DNA from: Chloroflexota bacterium
Lineage (GTDB): Bacteria > Chloroflexota > Dehalococcoidia > Lucifugimonadales > UBA2962
Length of the DNA stretch: 32,000 nt
Reading direction: 5' to 3'
NCBI GenBank assembly: GCA_003228095.2
Contig: QGNM01000014.1
Coordinates: forward strand, 3,879-35,878
Shown: positions 26,058-32,000 of the stretch, in pieces
Position numbering within the stretch: position 1 is the first letter of the stretch
Layout of the letters: the number at the start of each line of letters is the position of its first letter
Program-made: the position numbers and the translations under genes
The notes under the pieces: generated by a model
Databases searched by the model: none
What the model was told of the DNA's origin: nothing
The model's input: the letters and a program-made list of their open reading frames with translations, nothing else

Positions 26058-28622
26058 TTATTTTTGCTTTAAGTATGACCAGCTAGAGAGATCTGTTTTA
26101 TTATATTCAATCCAGTCGATATTATTTTTAATCGTTTCTTTTGTTTGCAACAGGGCAAGCTCAGCAGCTGGAACAGGATTAGCTTTGAAAAACTCGTCTA
26201 TATCTTCTAGCGATGCATTATCAGTAAAACCTGAAAGAGATTGGATCATATACATAAGGCCAAATCCACCTTCTCCATATCTCCTGTCGAGTTCTTTCCA
26301 ATTTTCTTTTATAAATCTCCATGCCAACTTGCGCCCGATATGAGTTCCGGATGACTGTACTATAACGCTAATAGCTTCATGAGTCCTCACTTTATCTGAT
26401 AATGTCATACGCAATGTTTTCTCAATGAACTCAGAATCCTGAAATTGGGTGAGCCCAGATAGTAACCTAACCTTTTCTTCCTGTAGATTAGATTTTGAAT
26501 GTAAATCCCAGAAAGTATCGTACAGTGTTTTGTCTCCTTGTTTTGCTGCTAATACATAAATTGCTTTACGTAAATTTGCAGGTATTTGATTACCAGTAGC
26601 TAATGAATTATTTAGTTCATGCCTGGCTTTTCCTAGAACTTCTAGGTCTTCAAACTGACCTGCTGATAACAATATTTGTGACCGCAATAAAGAAGTTAGA
26701 TGATCATCATTTCTATTTGTATTCCAACCAATGGAAGATTGAATATCTTTTAATATATGCCTGCAGTATTCAGTGAAATCATCATAGTACTCTTGTTGAT
26801 AAATAAGGTTTTGGATGTAACGAAGACCATATAGCAGTTCAGACCATACTGGTTGGCTGGTTTCATTTGTGTACGCCTCACACTGTAAAAGGAAGGTGCT
26901 TGCTGGGGCTAATCTTGCTTGAACCATAGCGAAAGTATCACTGATAAGACCTAAGCGATCAGCAGGCCCTAAATGCTTTTGCTCAACCGCTTTATTCAAT
27001 AAACACAACTCAGTTTGTGGGTATAGGACTCTGTAGAATCCAGTCTGCTCAATATTAAATTTTAACCATTTATTTGGAGTAATCTTAGGGATTGTAATTT
27101 TCCGTGATTGTTCCTCTAGTAAATGCATTTTAGTTTTACCGTCGCTATCTATAACATTTATAGGAGTCGGCCAAATTTCATTAGAATCTTCGCTAGTAAG
27201 GCTCTGGGTATACGTGAATCGTTTTTGACTAACTAAAATTTCATGGATATCTTTTGACCTGTCGATTTCCAATTCGAGATATGGGTAGCCTGCATTTTTA
27301 ATCCAAGCCGCCATGATTTTGCTTACAGGCTTCCCTGATTCGATTTCTAGACATTTCCATAAATCGTTGGTGGACGCGTTGTCATGTTGGAATTTATTAA
27401 GGTAGCTATTAATTCCTTTCCTGAATGTGTTTTCGCCAAGAAAGTTTTCTAACATCCTTATTATTGATGCGCCTTTACTATAACTAATTGCATCGAATAG
27501 CTGGCCTATTTCATTTGGATTTTGTACTTCTTGCTCTATTGGGTGTGAGTTTAATAGACCGTCTAATCTAAGGGCAGAACCAGTGTCGTAAACTAAAAAT
27601 TGTGTCCACTTTTGCCATTCAGGGTAAATTGAATTTATAGTTTTATCTCCCATCCAAGATGCGAAACTTTCATTCAGCCATAGATCGTTCCACCATCGCA
27701 TTGTAACTAAGTCTCCAAACCACATATGGGCCATTTCATGAGCTATTATTTCCGCTACTAGTTGTCGCGTTGCAGCAGAGCTGTTTGATGGGTCGAAGAG
27801 CAAAGCTGGTTCTCGATATGTTATACATCCCCAATTCTCCATTGCCCCTGCTGCAAAATCTGGTATTGCCACATGATCTAACTTGGGTAAAGGATATTTA
27901 ATGCCAAAATAATTTTCTAAATACTGCAAAATTTTTATTGCGACATCTAATGCATATTCGCCTTTATTTTCTGAGCCTTCGGTTGCCCAAACTCTAACTA
28001 GAGTGCCGTTCTCAGCAGTTTTTTCTATGCAGTTGATTTGTCCGACAACTAGTGCCACTACATAAGTTGACATTATCGGTGTTTTTTCAAACCATATGGT
28101 TTTTGTACCATCATTATTTTTACGTTCTTTTTTCTCAGGCATGTTGGAAATTGCTCTGTGATTTTCTTGGATGGTAACCGAGAGTGAGAACGTCGCTTTT
28201 ACACTGGGGTCATCAAAACATGGAAAAGCTCTTCGGGCGTCAGTAGGTTCGAATTGTGTGGAAGCTAGCTTGTTTTCCTCACCTTTGCTGTCTTTATATT
28301 TACTTATATAGAAACCTCTAAGTCGATCATTCAGTATTCCAGAGAAGGTAATTTTTAGCATTCCATTGCCGGAGTTAATTTGTTGTGCAGAGAGAAAAGT
28401 TACAGTTTCATTGTCCTTGTCATACTTAGCCGTTAAATGAAAAACCCTATTGTTTTGCTCAATAGATGCACTCGACACATCTAGGTCTACAGAATCTATA
28501 ACAATAGAGTCTGTATCTTGAAGCACATCTAAATAAACTCTAACTTCTCCAGAAAATTTATCATTATTAAGGTCAGGTGCTAGAGAGATGTCATAATGGC
28601 TGGGTTTAAATTTGGGGTTCAA
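26058..28622 (-). CDS. pepN: M1-family aminopeptidase N
   Basis: 854 aa. It has the GAMENWG exopeptidase motif and HEMAHMWFGDLVTMRWWNDLWLNESFA (HExxH-18-E zinc site), with an ERAP1-like helical C-terminal domain. Confidence 0.85.
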   Translation of the reverse strand: MNPKFKPSHYDISLAPDLNNDKFSGEVRVYLDVLQDTDSIVIDSVDLDVSSASIEQNNRVFHLTAKYDKDNETVTFLSAQQINSGNGMLKITFSGILNDRLRGFYISKYKDSKGEENKLASTQFEPTDARRAFPCFDDPSVKATFSLSVTIQENHRAISNMPEKKERKNNDGTKTIWFEKTPIMSTYVVALVVGQINCIEKTAENGTLVRVWATEGSENKGEYALDVAIKILQYLENYFGIKYPLPKLDHVAIPDFAAGAMENWGCITYREPALLFDPSNSSAATRQLVAEIIAHEMAHMWFGDLVTMRWWNDLWLNESFASWMGDKTINSIYPEWQKWTQFLVYDTGSALRLDGLLNSHPIEQEVQNPNEIGQLFDAISYSKGASIIRMLENFLGENTFRKGINSYLNKFQHDNASTNDLWKCLEIESGKPVSKIMAAWIKNAGYPYLELEIDRSKDIHEILVSQKRFTYTQSLTSEDSNEIWPTPINVIDSDGKTKMHLLEEQSRKITIPKITPNKWLKFNIEQTGFYRVLYPQTELCLLNKAVEQKHLGPADRLGLISDTFAMVQARLAPASTFLLQCEAYTNETSQPVWSELLYGLRYIQNLIYQQEYYDDFTEYCRHILKDIQSSIGWNTNRNDDHLTSLLRSQILLSAGQFEDLEVLGKARHELNNSLATGNQIPANLRKAIYVLAAKQGDKTLYDTFWDLHSKSNLQEEKVRLLSGLTQFQDSEFIEKTLRMTLSDKVRTHEAISVIVQSSGTHIGRKLAWRFIKENWKELDRRYGEGGFGLMYMIQSLSGFTDNASLEDIDEFFKANPVPAAELALLQTKETIKNNIDWIEYNKTDLSSWSYLKQK

Positions 28623-29227
28623 GATGTAGTCTCGTTGATAATATTAAAAACTCGTTTATTTGTGGACCTTTTTGCTTTTGAAATGATCTTCTCTACTTCT
28701 TTTATCGTTTGTTCAATGTGACCTTCTTTATTGTAAACGATGAACTCAAAATTCCGAGCTTGATTAATTTCACTCACCGCTGTATCCAATCTTACTTTCA
28801 GGGCTTGCTTTGATTCAGTCATCCTTTTATTTAGTCGATTTTCCAGATCGTTATTAGATTCTGGCATTATAAATATTGAAAGAGCAGATGGCTCAAGTTT
28901 CATTATAGTGCGAGATCCTTGAACATCGGTCTTTATTAAAGCATCCTGCCCCCGTGACAATGCAGACGTTACTTGATCTTTAGGTACTCCATATTGATAA
29001 CCATAGACAGTTGCGTGTTCTAAAAACTCATTTTTATTTATCATATGATCAAATTTTTTGTCGTCTATAAAAATGTAGTCTTTGCCATCAATTTCCCCCG
29101 GCCTGATGCTTCTAGTGGTTGCTGTTACAGTGACATTAATGGAGCTACAATTCTCGCGAAGTTTATTGATAATTGAGTCTTTACCTACCCCTGAAGGACC
29201 GGATATTAATACGATTAAAGAGTTCAC
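28619..29227 (-). CDS. gmk: Guanylate kinase
   Basis: 202 aa. It has the P-loop ISGPSGVGKDS and ATTRSIRPGEIDGKDYIFI. A 4-nt ATGA-type overlap joins it to pepN. Confidence 0.9.
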   Translation of the reverse strand: MNSLIVLISGPSGVGKDSIINKLRENCSSINVTVTATTRSIRPGEIDGKDYIFIDDKKFDHMINKNEFLEHATVYGYQYGVPKDQVTSALSRGQDALIKTDVQGSRTIMKLEPSALSIFIMPESNNDLENRLNKRMTESKQALKVRLDTAVSEINQARNFEFIVYNKEGHIEQTIKEVEKIISKAKRSTNKRVFNIINETTS

Positions 29228-29276
29228 TTATTTGACCTGTATGAGTTATACAATTCGGTTTTCATTATTAATAAAT

Positions 29277-30602
29277 TCAGCTAACATTATTGGCTGGTTT
29301 GATAGTAAGGTTTGATAATTGTTGCCAGAAATCGGGGTATGAAATCATATTGGCATCAGCTCTATTTATCTCAGTTACTCCAGAGGATAACAACCCTGCG
29401 ATTCCCATTGTCATAGCTATTCTGTGATCATCAAATGAATCTACACGTGCCCCAATTAGTTTCTTGGTCCCGTTTATTATAATTCCATCACTTGATTCTT
29501 TGATATCTGCACCTAACTTCGAAAGTCCATCGACGGTTGCAGAAATTCTATCTGATTCTTTTACTCTAAGTTCCCCAGCATCTTTTATGATAGTTTTACC
29601 GTTAGCAAAGCATGCCGCTAAGGACAAAATAGGGATTTCATCGATAACCTTTGGTATTAATTCGCCTTCGATAATAATTCCATTCAGGTCACTTGATTGT
29701 ATTTTAATATCACCGTAAGGTTCCCCCGCTTCTTCGTTAATATTAGACAATTTTATGTTTGCCCCCATCATTCTTAATGCCTCAATCACTCCTGTTCGAG
29801 AAGGATTCAGTCCAACTTTCTTAAGGATTATTGACGCGTTTGAATGACATGATGCTAAAACCATCCAAAAAGCCGCTCCGCTAATATCTCCTGGTACAAG
29901 AATGTCTAGAGCAGATAGATTTGACGGTTTAATTTTGATTGATAAGTTATCAATGGTTATGTCAGCTCCCATTGCTTTTAGCATTCTTTCAGTATGGTCT
30001 CTAGAGAATTCAGGCTGGATTATAGTCGTGGCCCCTGATGCTTTGAGCCCGGCTATCATAATACAGGATTTAACTTGTGCTGAAGCTATAGGCATTATGT
30101 ACTCTATGCCTGATAAATTTCCTCCATATATTTTAATGGGTGCAAAGGAACTATTATTCGCTCCTGTTATTTGAGCGCCCATTTTTCTGAGTGGGTTAAT
30201 GATCCGATCCATCGGCCTATTCTGAAGTGAATTGTCCCCAGTTATGGTAGATTCAAAAGGTTGGGTTGCGAGTAAACCAGATACTAATCGAAACGTAGTT
30301 CCGCTATTTCCAGCATCAAGTATTTTTTCTGGATTTGATAGGTTATGTATCCCTTGACCTTTTACAAGGAATGTATCATCTTCATGTTGAGAATCATCAG
30401 TTTGAATTTTTTGTATATTGATGCCTAATCCAGTTAAGCAATTGAGCATAGCCTTTCTGTCATCGCCCTGGCAAAAATTAGATACGGTGGCAGATCCATC
30501 GCTGATTGAATTTAACAGCATGGCTCGATGAGATATGGATTTATCTCCAGGGAGTGAGATTGTGCCTTGTACTTTCTGAGCTTTTCTTACGGATTTAATC
30601 AA
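29277..30602 (-). CDS. aroA: 3-phosphoshikimate 1-carboxyvinyltransferase (EPSP synthase)
   Basis: 441 aa. LPGDKSISHRAMLL, GNSGTTFRL, LRVKESDR and DHRIAMTMGIAG are present. Confidence 0.9.
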   Translation of the reverse strand: MIKSVRKAQKVQGTISLPGDKSISHRAMLLNSISDGSATVSNFCQGDDRKAMLNCLTGLGINIQKIQTDDSQHEDDTFLVKGQGIHNLSNPEKILDAGNSGTTFRLVSGLLATQPFESTITGDNSLQNRPMDRIINPLRKMGAQITGANNSSFAPIKIYGGNLSGIEYIMPIASAQVKSCIMIAGLKASGATTIIQPEFSRDHTERMLKAMGADITIDNLSIKIKPSNLSALDILVPGDISGAAFWMVLASCHSNASIILKKVGLNPSRTGVIEALRMMGANIKLSNINEEAGEPYGDIKIQSSDLNGIIIEGELIPKVIDEIPILSLAACFANGKTIIKDAGELRVKESDRISATVDGLSKLGADIKESSDGIIINGTKKLIGARVDSFDDHRIAMTMGIAGLLSSGVTEINRADANMISYPDFWQQLSNLTIKPANNVS

Positions 30603-30604
30603 TA

Positions 30605-31606
30605 TTAACTTTTTCTAAAGTACTTCCAGTTCTTTCGCGACTTGTCTGTCATTTTTCGATACCTATCCATCATGTAAGTTCCTACCATCATTTCAGCCAT
30701 TGTTTCTTTCGCATTAGGCAGACTCGTCGTTTGCTTATCGTCTGGATGCAAAGTTCCTGCTTCCCACTTTGCTCTTTGCTCCCATGCAGTTATAAATGAT
30801 TCAAAAAGTTTGTCTTTATCATCAACAAACTGCTTTCTAAAGTCGTATAGTGATGTAATCATTTCGTCAATCCAATGAATGGTATCTTCGGGATTTAATT
30901 CAGCAGCCAAGCTATTTTCTTCTGGGTCTTTGTCAGCGAGTTGAGTCATTGCATTGAATTCAGGTGTTGATAGCTTAGACATTTCAGGCCAAGCTCTACT
31001 ACGAGATGCTGCAATAATTAAAGCCGATGAAATAACATTGGGCAAAAATGCCATTGCAGAACTATAGCTATCGTGTTCTGCTGAATCCAAGAAATATGGC
31101 TGAGAACCACATTGTTTAACGAGCCAAGTAAGCGTTTGTATTCCTTCGGGAGGGGTATGTTTGTCAGTGACTATGCAGTAGGGAGATCCTGATATTGCTT
31201 CGGCACTTGAGTCTTTTATGCTCCATAAATTTGTTTTTGACACTGGCCTGCCTGCAACAAAGTTTACCGAAGAGGGTAAAAACTGATTAGCCCATTTAAT
31301 AATCGGTTGTTTTAGTGGGCCTGTATCGGTTATTGTTGCACCAGAATCAAAATGAGTAGAAAGATTTTCTAATAAATCCTTAGTATAATGTAACGGTGCG
31401 TCAAGTATGATGATTTCAGCACCGGTGACACATTTTCTGGCACTATTTTCAGTGGCATCTACAGCGCCTATCTTTTTAGCTAATTTTAAATTACCAGGCT
31501 CTGCTCCAGCAGCGGTTATATGGAATTCGTTTTTATGATTCTTCTTTAAGGATAGTGCTATGCACATTCCGATCGGATTAATACCGAGTATAGCTATCTT
31601 AGTCAT
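30605..31606 (-). CDS. tyrA: Prephenate/arogenate dehydrogenase family protein
   Basis: 333 aa. The N-terminal Rossmann motif IAILGINPIG is an atypical GxNxxG. SAEHDSYSSAMAFLPNVISSAL matches the conserved HD...SHLPH region. It sits directly upstream of aroA and has a C-terminal extension of about 60 aa. Confidence 0.7.
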   Translation of the reverse strand: MTKIAILGINPIGMCIALSLKKNHKNEFHITAAGAEPGNLKLAKKIGAVDATENSARKCVTGAEIIILDAPLHYTKDLLENLSTHFDSGATITDTGPLKQPIIKWANQFLPSSVNFVAGRPVSKTNLWSIKDSSAEAISGSPYCIVTDKHTPPEGIQTLTWLVKQCGSQPYFLDSAEHDSYSSAMAFLPNVISSALIIAASRSRAWPEMSKLSTPEFNAMTQLADKDPEENSLAAELNPEDTIHWIDEMITSLYDFRKQFVDDKDKLFESFITAWEQRAKWEAGTLHPDDKQTTSLPNAKETMAEMMVGTYMMDRYRKMTDKSRKNWKYFRKS

Positions 31607-31760
31607 AATAATATTTTCTTTACAACACCGTTATTAAATTCTATTCATACATTATAGAAAGATATTTCTTTCGGGGGAAAGCCTTATCTTATCGGTATTA
31701 GACAGGTGTTCAATGCCTATATTTTATTTAAACAAAGGTTGAAGAATTAACTACTTAAAT

Positions 31761-32000
31761 TTAATTTGCCCCACAACCGCATGCACCACTACCACAACCC
31801 CCAGCGCTAGATGTTTCTTCTGTAGTCTGGGCACTTGCAGGATCAACCGATGGGTTGGATCCACCACCACAACCGCATGCACCACTACCACAACCCCCAG
31901 CGCTAGATGTTTCTTCTGTAGTCTGGGCACTTGCAGGATCAACCGATGGGTTGGATCCACCACCGCACCCACATCCACCACTACCACAACCCCCAGCGCT
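31761..32000 (-). CDS. 3' end of a gene encoding a repetitive Gly/Cys/Ser-rich protein or peptide precursor; the 5' end lies right of the window
   Basis: The minus-strand frame ends at TAA (31763-31761) and is open to base 32000. It reads ...SAGGCGSGGCGCGGGSNPSVDPASAQTTEETS SAGGCGSGACGCGGGSNPSVDPASAQTTEETS SAGGCGSGACGCGAN*. Third codon positions in this frame are about 25% G/C per 32-codon unit, matching the AT-rich genome. The ORF-track frame gives about 59%. Confidence 0.55.
   Translation of the reverse strand, partial: SAGGCGSGGCGCGGGSNPSVDPASAQTTEETSSAGGCGSGACGCGGGSNPSVDPASAQTTEETSSAGGCGSGACGCGAN
31771..32000. repeat. 96-bp tandem repeat: two perfect copies plus a diverged partial third copy, truncated by the window edge
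   Basis: 31771-31866 and 31867-31962 are identical base for base. 31963-32000 is a variant (CCGCACCCACATCC versus CCACAACCGCATGC). Local GC is far above the window average. Confidence 0.95.

Noticed and set aside
31751-31987. ORF-track 78-aa minus-strand ORF (MVVVDVGAVVDPTHRLILQ...) across the 96-bp repeats
   Set aside because: It is probably a shadow frame. Its third codon positions are about 59% G/C in an AT-rich genome, and its valine-run sequence is implausible. The neighbouring frame (Gly/Cys/Ser cassettes) has about 25% G/C at third positions and stays open to the window edge. The + strand frame is also open but has no start codon after its upstream stop.
31771-32000. Could the perfect tandem repeats be a CRISPR array or a non-coding satellite?
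   Set aside because: There are no unique spacers, because the whole 96-bp unit repeats. The unit length is a multiple of three, and the repeats maintain an open frame with genome-typical codon bias. This indicates a coding repeat.
1-32000. Search for defence systems, toxin-antitoxin pairs, mobile elements, prophage genes, CRISPR arrays and rRNA
   Set aside because: Every sizeable ORF is accounted for by a housekeeping or transporter family. No nuclease, methylase, reverse transcriptase, integrase or transposase motifs were seen. No spacer-type repeat arrays are present.

Overview
This is a densely coded, AT-rich chromosomal core region (GC in the high 30s % by eye). It holds about 30 protein genes separated by very short gaps, plus one tRNA. 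I found no integrase, transposase, CRISPR array, rRNA, prophage or recognisable defence cassette.

Genes from left to right:
- HpcH-family aldolase (3' part only)
- CCA-adding enzyme
- Class II fumarase/aspartase
- Threonine aldolase
- MFS transporter
- RarA
- SelA (selenocysteine synthase)
- An apparent operon: coaE, a CbbQ/NorQ-type AAA+ ATPase, a CoA-type Nudix hydrolase and a 1080-aa VWA protein (CbbO/NorD-like)
- A four-gene ABC-2 module: ATPase, permease, GldG-like and DUF4340-like
- speH-speB polyamine pair
- NifS/IscS-like cysteine desulfurase
- A lipoprotein
- trxA
- tRNA-Sec (selC, hand-folded)
- SDR
- LLM flavin oxidoreductase
- A small membrane protein
- A tight minus-strand string: tyrA, aroA, gmk, pepN (M1), glycerate kinase

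I do not see a clear, complete novel multi-gene system. The most unusual signals are:
1. At the right edge, the 3' end of a minus-strand gene made of perfect 96-bp tandem repeats. They encode Gly/Cys/Ser-rich cassettes (GGCGSGACGCGGG) separated by a conserved spacer. The ORF track calls this in the wrong frame.
2. An orphan CbbQ/NorQ plus VWA chaperone pair with no Rubisco or NOR client nearby, interleaved with two CoA-metabolism genes.
3. Selenocysteine machinery (selA, selC) with no selB, selD or selenoprotein gene in the window.

Several small repeat or palindrome elements in divergent promoter regions are listed at low confidence.
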